The translations under genes were made by a program, and so were the position numbers. From contig SCSG01000020.1 in assembly GCA_004322135.1 (NCBI GenBank), positions 192,498 to 256,497 of the forward strand: DNA of 64,000 bases, written 5' to 3'. A model generated the notes under the pieces. That model saw only the letters and a list, made by a program, of their open reading frames with translations, was not told where the DNA came from and did not search any database. This document shows, piece after piece, positions 42,518 through 51,717 of this stretch. The first letter of the stretch is position 1. The number at the start of each line of letters is the position of its first letter. Origin of the DNA: Burkholderiaceae bacterium. GTDB lineage: Bacteria; Pseudomonadota; Gammaproteobacteria; Burkholderiales; Burkholderiaceae_B.

Positions 42518-43105
42518 ATGGATTCATTCAACAAATCGGCAGCGTCTAGCGCCAATCTGTCCCAACAGTTCCTGCTGGCCATGCCTGGCATGGTTGCTGG
42601 CAATCTGGCCAACACCGTCATTTACGTGTGCGAGCATACCGAGCACGGTGCGCTGGGACTGGTCATCAATCGCCCCACCGATCTTACCGTGGGCAATTTG
42701 CTTCAGCGCATCGATCTGGATCTGTCGCTCGAAATCGGGCCGGTGCAGGAATCACCCGTATTTTTTGGCGGGCCGGTTCAAACCGATCGCGGATTTGTGT
42801 TGCACGCGCCGGCGGGCGATTACAGCTCCAGCATTCGTCTCGGTGAACTGGCACTCACCACATCGCGCGATATCCTCCAAGAGGTCGCGCAGGGTCATGG
42901 CCCTGCCCAAATCCTCATCACTCTTGGCTATGCGGGTTGGGGTGCGGGTCAGCTTGAAAGTGAAATAGCGCAAAACGCCTGGCTGAATATGGTGGCGTCC
43001 AACGATATCCTGTTCAACATTCCTCCCGAACAGCGCTACGAGGCGTCGCTGGCTCAGCTTGGCATCAACTCGTCCATGCTGACCGGTGAAGCGGGTCATG
43101 CCTGA
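42518..43105 (+). CDS. yqgE: YqgE/AlgH family protein
   Basis: QQFLLAMPGM... and VIYVCEHTEHGALGLVINRP. Start at the ATG at 42518, preceded by AAGGAGG. Confidence 0.87.
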   Translation: MDSFNKSAASSANLSQQFLLAMPGMVAGNLANTVIYVCEHTEHGALGLVINRPTDLTVGNLLQRIDLDLSLEIGPVQESPVFFGGPVQTDRGFVLHAPAGDYSSSIRLGELALTTSRDILQEVAQGHGPAQILITLGYAGWGAGQLESEIAQNAWLNMVASNDILFNIPPEQRYEASLAQLGINSSMLTGEAGHA

Positions 43106-43496
43106 AGAAACGCTGCTGGCGTTCGATTACGGTACAAAGAAAATTGGCGTGGCGATTGGCAATTCCCTGATACGCCAGGCCCGGCCCCTGGAAGTCCTGA
43201 TGCCGTCAACGCGCGCCCAGCGGTTTGCCGAGCTTGCCAGGCTTATCGACCAGTGGCAGCCGGCCCGGCTCATTGTGGGTCTGCCGCTTGCCACCGATGG
43301 CGCCGAACAGTATGCCTCCATGCGCTGCCGACGCTTTGCAAATCAGCTCAGGGGACGCTTTGGCGCTCTTGTCGAGCTGGTCGATGAGCGAGGCTCCAGC
43401 ATCGAGGCGCAAGAGCTGCTGGGCACGCACGAGGCCGACGATGCTGTGGCGGCGGCCGTCATACTGCAGCGCTATTTTGATTCACTGCCGGCGTAG
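43098..43496 (+). CDS. ruvX: Holliday-junction-resolvase-like nuclease / pre-16S rRNA maturation factor YqgF
   Basis: LLAFDYGTKKIGVAIGN. ATG overlaps the yqgE stop (ATGCCTGA). Confidence 0.9.
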   Translation: MPEETLLAFDYGTKKIGVAIGNSLIRQARPLEVLMPSTRAQRFAELARLIDQWQPARLIVGLPLATDGAEQYASMRCRRFANQLRGRFGALVELVDERGSSIEAQELLGTHEADDAVAAAVILQRYFDSLPA

Positions 43497-43630
43497 GCCG
43501 GCATTGAGGGGATGCTTTTTTACGCGCGCAAGGCTAGCGAGTAATATTACGGCCAGGCTTGCGTACAGAAGGTTCTTGGGAGCGGTGTTACGTCCGGGTT
43601 TACGCACAGAAAATCCTTGGGGGAGTTGAT

Positions 43631-44419
43631 TTGGGCCTGTTGTTTTTCGTTTTTCGAGCACCTTTGGTTATTCTCTGGATTGCATCCAGCTTGCTTTCGG
43701 TTGCGGTGGTGTATCCGTTCCTGCCGTTGTCGGGACGCAATGCCATGAATCAGAACTGGTCCCGGGCCTTGATGAAGATATGTGGCGTGCACGTGCGCGT
43801 ACACGGTCAGCCCAAGATGAGCGGCGCGACGCTATGGGTGTCCAACCATGTGTCGTGGGTTGACATTTTCATACTGAGCAGCGTGCGCTGCGTTGCCTTT
43901 ATCGCCAAGAGCGAAATTCGGCAATGGCCGATCATTGGCTGGCTGGTTGCGAAGGCTGGGACAGTCTTTCTCAACCGACACCAGCGGCAGGCCATCAAGG
44001 ACGTCAGCGCGCAAATGGAACATCGCTTTACTCGTGGCGAAGTGCTGGGCCTGTTTGCCGAGGGGACGACTTCAACCGGCTTCGATATTTTGCCGTTCCG
44101 CTCCAGCTTGTTCGAACCGGCCATTCATTCGGCAGTCAGCGTCCAGCCTATCGCGCTGCGTTTTTACCATCATGGCGAGCGCAGTGGATATCTTGCGTTC
44201 GTTGGCGAGCAGAACCTGGTGCAGAACCTTTGCCTTTTGATCAGCACGACGCAGGTCATGGTTGAAGTTGATTTTCTGCCTGTTCTGTCGGCTGCGCAGT
44301 GCCAGGAAATGGGGCGCAACAAGGTGTCCGAGCGTGCGCACGCCATGATTGCCCAGGCCGTTCGGGTTCCGGTCACAGAGTCCGAGCCGGCGGTGCTGGA
44401 GCCCAGTCCGCAGGAATAA
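43631..44419 (+). CDS. lysophospholipid (1-acyl-sn-glycerol-3-phosphate) acyltransferase family protein
   Basis: HX4D motif NHVSWVD and FAEGTTS, with an N-terminal TM helix. The start is uncertain: TTG at 43631 with GGGGGAG upstream, while the track ORF begins at the TTG at 43559. Confidence 0.78.
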   Translation: MGLLFFVFRAPLVILWIASSLLSVAVVYPFLPLSGRNAMNQNWSRALMKICGVHVRVHGQPKMSGATLWVSNHVSWVDIFILSSVRCVAFIAKSEIRQWPIIGWLVAKAGTVFLNRHQRQAIKDVSAQMEHRFTRGEVLGLFAEGTTSTGFDILPFRSSLFEPAIHSAVSVQPIALRFYHHGERSGYLAFVGEQNLVQNLCLLISTTQVMVEVDFLPVLSAAQCQEMGRNKVSERAHAMIAQAVRVPVTESEPAVLEPSPQE

Positions 44420-44477
44420 AAGCCGAGAGCTGATGTGGTGTTGGGCAAGTATTGCAGTACCACTCAAGCACGGTAAA

Positions 44478-44507
44478 GCCACAGTACAGCCACAGTACAG
44501 CCACAGC
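44478..44507. repeat. short tandem repeat (11-bp unit GCCACAGTACA x2 plus a partial copy)
   Basis: Read directly in the convergent spacer between the acyltransferase gene and apaH. Confidence 0.8.
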
Positions 44508-44555
44508 AAAACCCGGTGCGGAATGAAAGCTTGTGTTCTATTCGCCTGCTTGGAC

Positions 44556-45419
44556 TCAGGCCAGCTTGGGCGGAATCCAGGGGCTTTTCGGCTTGCGCTG
44601 CTGTACGCAGTCCACCTGCACGAGCTTGTGGTCGTGCACACGCATTGCGGTAAGCTGCTTGCCCCAGATGCAGCCCGTATCCAGGCAGATGGCGTCTTGC
44701 CGGATCATCAGACCGAGTGTTGACCAGTGTCCGAAAACGACAGTGACGTTGTCTTCAAGGATTGTCCGTCCCGGTACGTCGAACCAGGGTATGAGGTGTT
44801 CGTCCGGAGCCGGTGCGCGCTTGTACTCGAAGTCCATATGACCCTGGGCGGTGCACATGCGCATGCGCGTCAGCGCGTTGATGATGACGCGCAGACGGTC
44901 GTTGCCGTGCAGGTCGTCGCTCCAGTAGGCCGGCTCGTTCCCATACATTTTTTCGAGGTTGCTTTTCCAGTTGGGTGAACGCAGCGCGGCTTCGGCTTCA
45001 GCGGCCAGTTGCAAAGTTTTCTCGACGTTCCAGCCGACTGGTATGCCGGCGTGAACCATCAGATGGTTCAGTGCATGGTGGGCGAGGGGGCGGTGTCTGA
45101 GCCAGTCGATCAGCTCATCGGCGTTGGGCGCATTCAGGATGTCCGTGATGGTGTCGGACTTGCCGGGCTTTTTGACGCCCGCCGCCATGGCCAGCAGGTG
45201 CAGGTCGTGGTTGCCCAGGATGGCAACGCAGCGCTCGCCCATCGCGCGGATCAGGTTCAGCGTTTCAAGTGAGTGGGGGCCGCGATTGACAAGGTCGCCG
45301 GCAAACCAGAATTGCGCGTTCGGGTCGCTGGCAATGTCGGCGTGCCGCAGCAGCTGACTCAGCGGCTGGCAACATCCTTGTATGTCGCCGATTATCCAGA
45401 TGCTTCCCATCGGGGTCAT
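44556..45419 (-). CDS. apaH: bis(5'-nucleosyl)-tetraphosphatase, symmetrical
   Basis: Metallophosphatase motifs IGDIQGC, GDLVNRG and GNHD. The ATG at 45419 overlaps the lptG stop (ATGA). Confidence 0.9.
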   Translation of the reverse strand: MTPMGSIWIIGDIQGCCQPLSQLLRHADIASDPNAQFWFAGDLVNRGPHSLETLNLIRAMGERCVAILGNHDLHLLAMAAGVKKPGKSDTITDILNAPNADELIDWLRHRPLAHHALNHLMVHAGIPVGWNVEKTLQLAAEAEAALRSPNWKSNLEKMYGNEPAYWSDDLHGNDRLRVIINALTRMRMCTAQGHMDFEYKRAPAPDEHLIPWFDVPGRTILEDNVTVVFGHWSTLGLMIRQDAICLDTGCIWGKQLTAMRVHDHKLVQVDCVQQRKPKSPWIPPKLA

Positions 45420-46594
45420 ACTGCAGATTTGCTCCACGGCGAGCGCACCTGCATGAACCGGCGCACGTTATGCTGATTTTCCAGGTACAGCATGGCCATC
45501 AAGGCCAGGAACAGGGCCCCCAGATTGGGCACAAGTGCTGTTACCCAGGGCGGCCACTTGCTCAGCATGCCTATATTCAGGGACAGCTGGTTGATCATGA
45601 AGAAACCCACGCCAAGCAGGATGCCGATGAATACTTTGCCGCCGACGCCGCCACGGCGAGTCTGCATGAAGCCGATGGGTGCGGCAATGGTCATCATGAC
45701 CAGCAGGGTGAAGGGGTAGGCGACTTTACGCCACAATGCCACGACTTGCCTCTCAGTTTGTAGATGATTGTTTTTGAGGTACTTGATATAGTCTAGCAGC
45801 ACTGCGATGGACATGCGTTCAGGGGTCAGGATGCGGGCAATGAGCCTTTCGGGGGTCAGCGTGGTGCGCAGCACGCGGGTAGGCAGGGTCTTGACCTGGG
45901 TAATTGGCGTGTCGGGCGCCTTGGCGTCGGCCAGCGCTGCCACGGCATTGCTGTTTATCAGCGTTTCAGTGACGTCTTTCAGAATCAGACTGCCTTTGTC
46001 GAAATAGCCTTCCCTGGCTTGGGACAGCATGGTCAGCTCGCGCCCTGGCGTGAATTCATAAAGCGTGACGTTGGCCACGCCTTCGTTGGCGCGCAGCTCG
46101 CCAATATTGATGACCCGGGTGCCGTGTTCAGCATCGTCTTCCTTGAACCAATAGCCACTTTCCAGCCGTCCGCCGCCCGCTTTGCCCAGCAGGGCAATGG
46201 TGGCTTCGCTGGACTGGATTTCGGCAGCTGGCGTGATGACCTCGGAAAGCAGGAATGCACCCAGTACCCATGGGATGGTAATGATCCAGAGCATGGTCAG
46301 AAGCTTCATGCCGCTGACGCCAGACACGCGCAGGATGACCAGCTCGTTGCGCTGTGCCAGGCTTGCGAGGGCCAGGATGGCGCCGATCAGCAGGCCAATC
46401 GGAAGCAGGTCGTACAGCCGGCTTGGCAATTGAAGGGCCTGCAGGTAGAACAGGTTGAGCAGCGTAAAACTTGGGCCGATGCTGTCCAGTTCTTCAATCA
46501 GTGCGAAGAAAGTGAACAGGCCAACAAGTGCAAGCAGCACCACGGCACTGGAACGGTAGATTTCAGAGGCGAGATAGCGGCGGGCTGTGCTCAT
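45416..46594 (-). CDS. lptG: LPS export ABC transporter permease LptG
   Basis: YjgP/YjgQ family, 392 aa. N-terminus [36 protein letters not shown] is LptG-like. Confidence 0.8.
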   Translation of the reverse strand: MSTARRYLASEIYRSSAVVLLALVGLFTFFALIEELDSIGPSFTLLNLFYLQALQLPSRLYDLLPIGLLIGAILALASLAQRNELVILRVSGVSGMKLLTMLWIITIPWVLGAFLLSEVITPAAEIQSSEATIALLGKAGGGRLESGYWFKEDDAEHGTRVINIGELRANEGVANVTLYEFTPGRELTMLSQAREGYFDKGSLILKDVTETLINSNAVAALADAKAPDTPITQVKTLPTRVLRTTLTPERLIARILTPERMSIAVLLDYIKYLKNNHLQTERQVVALWRKVAYPFTLLVMMTIAAPIGFMQTRRGGVGGKVFIGILLGVGFFMINQLSLNIGMLSKWPPWVTALVPNLGALFLALMAMLYLENQHNVRRFMQVRSPWSKSAV

Positions 46595-46673
46595 GTCAGG
46601 TTTGGTGGGTAAATCAACTTTCGTATGTTACTCGCCTTGGGTGGCTTTGCCGGCTGGCGCGTGTGCAGCGGGG

Positions 46674-47405
46674 TCATTTGGGCGCTTCGACCTGGTGCAT
46701 GCGTTTCATGATGATGCCTGTGCGCGCCTGCAGGTATGCCGTTTCGCGATGGTGGTCGTAATAGTCCGGGTTCGGCAGCATTGCCGCCAGCTGTGCGGCC
46801 TGGCGGCTGTTCAGCGCCGAGGCGTTGATGTGGAAATAGTGCTGCGCGGCAGCCTGGGCACCGAACACGTTCGTCCCCCACTGTGCCAGATTCAGGTACA
46901 GCTCCAGAATGCGCTCTTTGTTCATGACCGCTTCGATCATGTAGGCAAGAATCAGCTCCTGGCCTTTTCGCAGGTAGGTGCGCGACCCCGAGAGGAAAAG
47001 ATTCTTTGCCAGTTGCTGCGTGATGGTCGAGCCGCCGCGCATTTTGTTTCTGCCCAGTTCTTCCTGGCGCAGGTTGTATCTCCATGCCTTGCGGATAGCG
47101 TCCCATTCGACCCCATCGTGATCGATGAAGTTGGAGTCTTCCGATGCGATGACGGCGTGCTTCAGGCTGGCGCTTATCCGGTCATATGGCACCCATTGGT
47201 ATTCGAGTCGTGCTTTGGGGTTGGTCTCCCGCAGTTCCGTCAGCGTCGTTTTCATGAACGAGCTGCTGCTTGGGTTGTTGAAGGAGAGCCAGATCACCAT
47301 GACAAAAAGGCCGAACTGGTATAGCAACACAAGGAACAGTCCGATCAGTATTGCCACGCTGGCAACTTTTGTCCTGGATGTTTTGCGCGCGCGTCTCGAA
47401 CCCAT
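46674..47405 (-). CDS. mtgA: monofunctional biosynthetic peptidoglycan transglycosylase
   Basis: GT51 motifs EDSNFIDHDGVEW and GGSTITQQLAKN. Start trimmed to the ATG at 47405; the rest of the 382-aa track ORF is an Arg-rich artefact overlapping aroE. Confidence 0.9.
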   Translation of the reverse strand: MGSRRARKTSRTKVASVAILIGLFLVLLYQFGLFVMVIWLSFNNPSSSSFMKTTLTELRETNPKARLEYQWVPYDRISASLKHAVIASEDSNFIDHDGVEWDAIRKAWRYNLRQEELGRNKMRGGSTITQQLAKNLFLSGSRTYLRKGQELILAYMIEAVMNKERILELYLNLAQWGTNVFGAQAAAQHYFHINASALNSRQAAQLAAMLPNPDYYDHHRETAYLQARTGIIMKRMHQVEAPK

Positions 47406-47410
47406 GTTTC

Positions 47411-48259
47411 TCAGGCCCGGTTCAGCTGGCGCCGTAGTGTGTCGAGGACGGGGGTTACGTCGGGCCGGCGGCCGAACCAGATATGGAAACTTGAGGCGGC
47501 TTGCGCAACCAGCATGCCCAGGCCATCGGCCACTTGCGTGGCGCCCTGCGTGCGTGCCTGCAGCATGAACGGCGTGGGTCTGGGCGCGTAGAACATGTCG
47601 TAGGCCAGGGCGTTGGCGGCATAGCGTATACCGGGCAGGTTGGGCGTCTGGTTTCCGACGCTGCTGGATGTGGCGTTGATGACGACGTCCCACTCGCCGT
47701 CGGTCTCGTCCAGTCCGCCGGCTGATAATCTGTCTGCGAGCCGGGGCATCAGCCTGACAACGCGTTCGCGCAGGGCATGCGCGCGCCCGGCCGTACGGTT
47801 TGCGATGTGCAGCGACGTGCACTGGGCGCTCAGGAGCGGGTAGATGACTCCTTTTGCCGCACCCCCGGCGCCGACCAGCAGGACGCGTTTGCCTTGCAGT
47901 GCAACGCCCAGACGCTGTATGTCCTGCAGCAGTCCTTCGCCGTCGGTGTTGCTGCCGTACAGCTCACCGTTGTTCATCCACAGTGTGTTGACGGCGGCGG
48001 CGAGGCGTGCCTGCTCGCTCAGATGATCGCGCGCGAGTGCGAAGGCTTCTTCCTTGAATGGCAGGGTGACGTTCAGGCCCCGTCCGCCGTCGCGAAAGAA
48101 CGATTCGATCGTCGCTGGGAATGCGTCGACCGGCGCAAGAAGGGTTTCGTAGCGCAGGGCAATGTTCAACTGCAGGCCAAACTCGTGGTGGATGGCGGGG
48201 GAGCGGCTATGCGCGATGGGGTTGCCAACGACGGCGAAGTGCGGGATATCCAGAGTCAT
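47411..48259 (-). CDS. aroE: shikimate dehydrogenase
   Basis: FAVVGNPIAHSRSPAIH, NVTLPFK and LLVGAGGAAKG. Confidence 0.92.
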   Translation of the reverse strand: MTLDIPHFAVVGNPIAHSRSPAIHHEFGLQLNIALRYETLLAPVDAFPATIESFFRDGGRGLNVTLPFKEEAFALARDHLSEQARLAAAVNTLWMNNGELYGSNTDGEGLLQDIQRLGVALQGKRVLLVGAGGAAKGVIYPLLSAQCTSLHIANRTAGRAHALRERVVRLMPRLADRLSAGGLDETDGEWDVVINATSSSVGNQTPNLPGIRYAANALAYDMFYAPRPTPFMLQARTQGATQVADGLGMLVAQAASSFHIWFGRRPDVTPVLDTLRRQLNRA

Positions 48260-49146
48260 GGCGTTTCAGTGCTGAGTGTATTGTTGGTGAAGTGCCAGGT
48301 GCGGGTAATCGCCAGTATATCGGTCGTTTTCGCGATTTCGGGTGGCAGCGGCGGAAAAGGCGCCGCAAGTTGGACGATGCGCTTCGCGGCCAGGTTCAGG
48401 ACAGCATGGTCTGAAGGCCGGTTGATTTCTGTACGGATCAGCTCCCCGTCCCTGCCGATATATACCGTCAGTTGCAGCTCGCCGTAGATTTTGCCGCGCG
48501 CCTCGTCGGGGTAGTGTTCGGTGCCAAGCAGTTCGATTTTTTTTCGCCAGGCCTCGACGTACTGGGCGTAAGCCACCGATTTGGCCGCCGGCCCCACAAA
48601 GCGTTCACGGGGCCGGGCGTTGTATGCCTGGATGCGTTCCCGGATGGCGCTGATCTGGGCATTGAGTATCAGGCTTTCCTGATCCCGGTTGTCCTGGCCT
48701 GGATCCGTTGACTGCTGCAGCAGATCGGGTCGATTTTTTGCCGGGACGGTTTTCTGTTCGGATTGCAGTTGGATATAAAGCGCCTGTTGTTCCTTTTCAA
48801 GATCCTCCTGGCGTTTGCGCAAGGCAGCCAGCACGATCTGGTCGGGCGATGAGTCGGCCGTGCGTGGCAGCGGCGAAGAGGCCACGCCCCGGTCGTCGTC
48901 ACCACCGGCGTTGATCTGGTTCTGCGCGAGGATGGTTGGTGTTATGGGTGCCGCCTCGGTGCGCGCATTTACAAGGGTTACGTCCAGAGCCGTGCTTTCT
49001 GTTGTGTGCGGAGTTGGCGCAACGAAGCGGATCGCCAGCACGGCGGCGTGGACGCACAGCGACAGGACGATGGCAATGTACAGGTTGCGGCGCCGTGCCA
49101 ATTGCGGCGCGGGCAGTAGCCATGTGTTGGTGTCGAGGGTATTCAC
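48256..49146 (-). CDS. TonB C-terminal-domain membrane protein
   Basis: N-terminal TM helix (IAIVLSLCVHAAVLAI), a long polar linker and a C-terminal TonB-like domain (YPDEARGKIYGELQLTVYIGRDGELIRTEINRPS). ATGA overlap with aroE. Confidence 0.65.
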   Translation of the reverse strand: MNTLDTNTWLLPAPQLARRRNLYIAIVLSLCVHAAVLAIRFVAPTPHTTESTALDVTLVNARTEAAPITPTILAQNQINAGGDDDRGVASSPLPRTADSSPDQIVLAALRKRQEDLEKEQQALYIQLQSEQKTVPAKNRPDLLQQSTDPGQDNRDQESLILNAQISAIRERIQAYNARPRERFVGPAAKSVAYAQYVEAWRKKIELLGTEHYPDEARGKIYGELQLTVYIGRDGELIRTEINRPSDHAVLNLAAKRIVQLAAPFPPLPPEIAKTTDILAITRTWHFTNNTLSTETP

Positions 49147-49179
49147 CAGAGGCCCCGGTCTAGAGTTGGCGGTGCTGGC

Positions 49180-51066
49180 TTATGCCGCCAGAGTGTCCTG
49201 GTAGCGGCATTCCAGTTCAAGCGCCAATTCATCGTACCCCAGAATTTGCAGGCGAACTGTCTGGCCGCGTTCCAGTTCGGGCAGTCCGGGGACGCGAATG
49301 ACCATCGGCACGCCCGAAAGACGGACGAGGTCGTCGCGCAGCACGCTGGCGTCTATGGTTGTCGCCTGGTTTTGCTGCAGCCAGCGCAGGCACCAGTAGC
49401 GTTCCATGGACGACTGGAAATCACTCCAGGCGGCGTATTGCGAATCGAAGGCGCCGATGATTGCGAACAGGTCGGCGTCCTTGGGCTTGAAGGGCGCCAC
49501 CAGCCGGGCTGACACGCCATGCTCGGCGGCCGCGATGATCTGCCGCTGGTTGACGAGGTCCACGTAGCGGCGTAGCGGCGAGGTGCACCATGCGTATTGC
49601 GATACGCCGATGGCTTCGTGCGGCAGCGCCTGGGTGGACATGCGTACTCGTCCGGCCTGCTGCGAGCGGTAGATGCCGGGTACTCCGTGCTGGGCCAGCA
49701 GCCCGCCCCACAGGCTGTTGGTCAGAATCATGTATTCGGCCACCACCACGTCCAACGGGGCGTTGCGCTGGCGCGGCACGAGTCGAACGTGGCTGTCCGG
49801 ATCGTCGGGAGGGCCGTCCAGGTAAAACGAGTATTCAATCCGATTGTTGTTCTCGGTCTTGCCGCGCACCGCGTCGCGCTGGGCGCTTTGTAGCCGCGCA
49901 AACTGCCATAGTGGGCGCAGCCAGTGCCCGTACGGCAGGTCGGCGTTGGGGTCGGCGAGCGCCGCTTCGGTAACGAGATCGTCCAGCGCGTTGTGTCGCA
50001 GGTTTTCGCGCACGCTAAGCTGTTCCAGCCGGGTTTCTGTGCCCAGGATTTCACCGCTGGCGAGGTCGACGTTGACATATAGCGACAGAGCCGGCTTCAG
50101 CTGGCCGGCATCAAGTGAAAAGGCCTGGATCAGCTCGTTGGGCAGCATCGGTATTTTCTGGCCGGGCATGTAGACGGTCGACATGCGTGTGCGGGCCAAC
50201 GCGTCAAAACTGCTGTCGCGCGTCACGAGCAGCCCGGGCGCGGCAATGTGGATGCCGATGCGCGTAGTTCCGTCCGGCAGCGTTGAAACGGAAAGCGCGT
50301 CATCCACTTCCGTCGTGGTGTCGTCGTCGACCGAATACGCTTCCACCTCGGCAATGGGCAGATCCGCACCTATGGCGGGGACTGTTTGCGGCGGGTATTC
50401 AATTCCCTTGGGAAAATAAAGTGAAAAGAATCGGTCCCGGAGTAGCACCAGCGGGTTGGGCCAGGCGCCCAAGCGCAGCAGCAGCTTTTCGGGTGTGGTG
50501 GCCAACCGGGTGACGGCCGCGTCGAACGCTTTCCATTGCAGCGTGTTTTTGTCGGGCCGGGTAAGCAGCGTTTCGGAAATGTCGGCGATGGCTTGCGGAA
50601 GCGTGCCTGCAACCATCTGGTCGGTCCACTCCTGCTGCTGTTCGGCCTGCTTGCGTTTTTTTTCGATGGCGGCCAGGGCAGCCTGCAATATTTCTGGTGG
50701 CGCGGGACGGTAGCGTCCTTTGCCGCGGCGATGAAAATACGCCGGGGCCCCGTTCAATGCAAAGATGAGCGCGGCCTTTTCGATGGCACTTGGCGGGTGT
50801 CCGAAGTAGTCCAGCGCAAACGCCGCCGCTTCGAATTCCTCCTGCGGAGCGCATTCCCAGAGGAAGTCCACTTCCAGCGTTTCGGCCTGGGTGTGGGCCT
50901 GTGCCAGCATGGTGGCAGGATCGGGCTGTTCGAACTGAAACAGCACGCTGGCATTCTTGATTTTGCTGCGCTTGCCCGATTCCGATTCCACCTGCATGGT
51001 GGAATCGCCTTGCGAAAAGATTTTTTCCGCCTTGAAATTTCCGTTGTCTTCGTAAAGAACGTACAT
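49180..51066 (-). CDS. RNase II / VacB family 3'-5' exoribonuclease
   Basis: 628 aa with RNB-domain motifs (TTEVDDALS; ...SPLRRYVDLVNQRQ). Confidence 0.82.
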   Translation of the reverse strand: MYVLYEDNGNFKAEKIFSQGDSTMQVESESGKRSKIKNASVLFQFEQPDPATMLAQAHTQAETLEVDFLWECAPQEEFEAAAFALDYFGHPPSAIEKAALIFALNGAPAYFHRRGKGRYRPAPPEILQAALAAIEKKRKQAEQQQEWTDQMVAGTLPQAIADISETLLTRPDKNTLQWKAFDAAVTRLATTPEKLLLRLGAWPNPLVLLRDRFFSLYFPKGIEYPPQTVPAIGADLPIAEVEAYSVDDDTTTEVDDALSVSTLPDGTTRIGIHIAAPGLLVTRDSSFDALARTRMSTVYMPGQKIPMLPNELIQAFSLDAGQLKPALSLYVNVDLASGEILGTETRLEQLSVRENLRHNALDDLVTEAALADPNADLPYGHWLRPLWQFARLQSAQRDAVRGKTENNNRIEYSFYLDGPPDDPDSHVRLVPRQRNAPLDVVVAEYMILTNSLWGGLLAQHGVPGIYRSQQAGRVRMSTQALPHEAIGVSQYAWCTSPLRRYVDLVNQRQIIAAAEHGVSARLVAPFKPKDADLFAIIGAFDSQYAAWSDFQSSMERYWCLRWLQQNQATTIDASVLRDDLVRLSGVPMVIRVPGLPELERGQTVRLQILGYDELALELECRYQDTLAA

Positions 51067-51099
51067 ATGAGTAATCGGGTTTGCGTCCGCGAAGACGTG

Positions 51100-51702
51100 T
51101 CAGAGTTGAGTGATGGGTGGACGCAGGGCAAATTCCAGAACTTCAGGCAGCCAATGGCTGAAGTCCGAGATGCCGTGATCGCTGCCGCTGACGATCCGGC
51201 TGGGGCAGCCTGCATACCATTGCGCCGTTTCGCGCCAATTCAGCACCTCGTCGCCGGTTGTCACCAGCAGAAAGTAGTTTTCCGGGTGCGTAGGTCGGTC
51301 CTCAGCCATCTCAGCCAGTTCCTGAACGTATCCGGGCAAAAACACAAAGGGCTGGTCGGAATGATATTGCGTATGCGTGCCGACTTGCGTGGCCAGGTCG
51401 CGCGCGCCATACACGACGGGGTTCAGCAGGACGGCGCGGCAGTTCCAGCGAGCCGCCAGACACGCTGCATAGTAGCCCCCCAAAGATGAGCCTATCAGTG
51501 TCAGCGTGCGATCAGCCTGTTGGCCCCCTTCCTGCGCCTTCTCTATTAGACCATGAACCAGTGCCACGGCTTGTGCGGGGCTGGCCGGCAATTGCGGGCA
51601 GGCCCAGTCGTTTTCGAGGCCGCGCTCGCCCATTGCCTGTGCCAGGAGCTGCGCCTTGGTGGAATGGGGCGAGGATCGGAAACCGTGCAGGTAAATGATC
51701 AT
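51100..51702 (-). CDS. yqiA: YqiA-type alpha/beta-hydrolase esterase
   Basis: MIIYLHGFRSSPHS and nucleophile elbow GSSLGG, 200 aa. Confidence 0.75.
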   Translation of the reverse strand: MIIYLHGFRSSPHSTKAQLLAQAMGERGLENDWACPQLPASPAQAVALVHGLIEKAQEGGQQADRTLTLIGSSLGGYYAACLAARWNCRAVLLNPVVYGARDLATQVGTHTQYHSDQPFVFLPGYVQELAEMAEDRPTHPENYFLLVTTGDEVLNWRETAQWYAGCPSRIVSGSDHGISDFSHWLPEVLEFALRPPITQL

Positions 51703-51717
51703 GAAAATCGGCGTGCC

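Noticed and set aside
46674-47822. Long N-terminal extensions in the ORF track. Examples are mtgA 382 aa, thiE 309 aa, proB 451 aa, argJ 446 aa, mrdA 762 aa, pyrE 251 aa, ftsE 253 aa and yqgE 249 aa.
   Set aside because: The extensions are Arg/Pro-rich, overlap the neighbouring gene or spacer, and precede internal ATGs that reproduce canonical family N-termini, often with an SD or an ATGA coupling. I treat them as open-frame artefacts.
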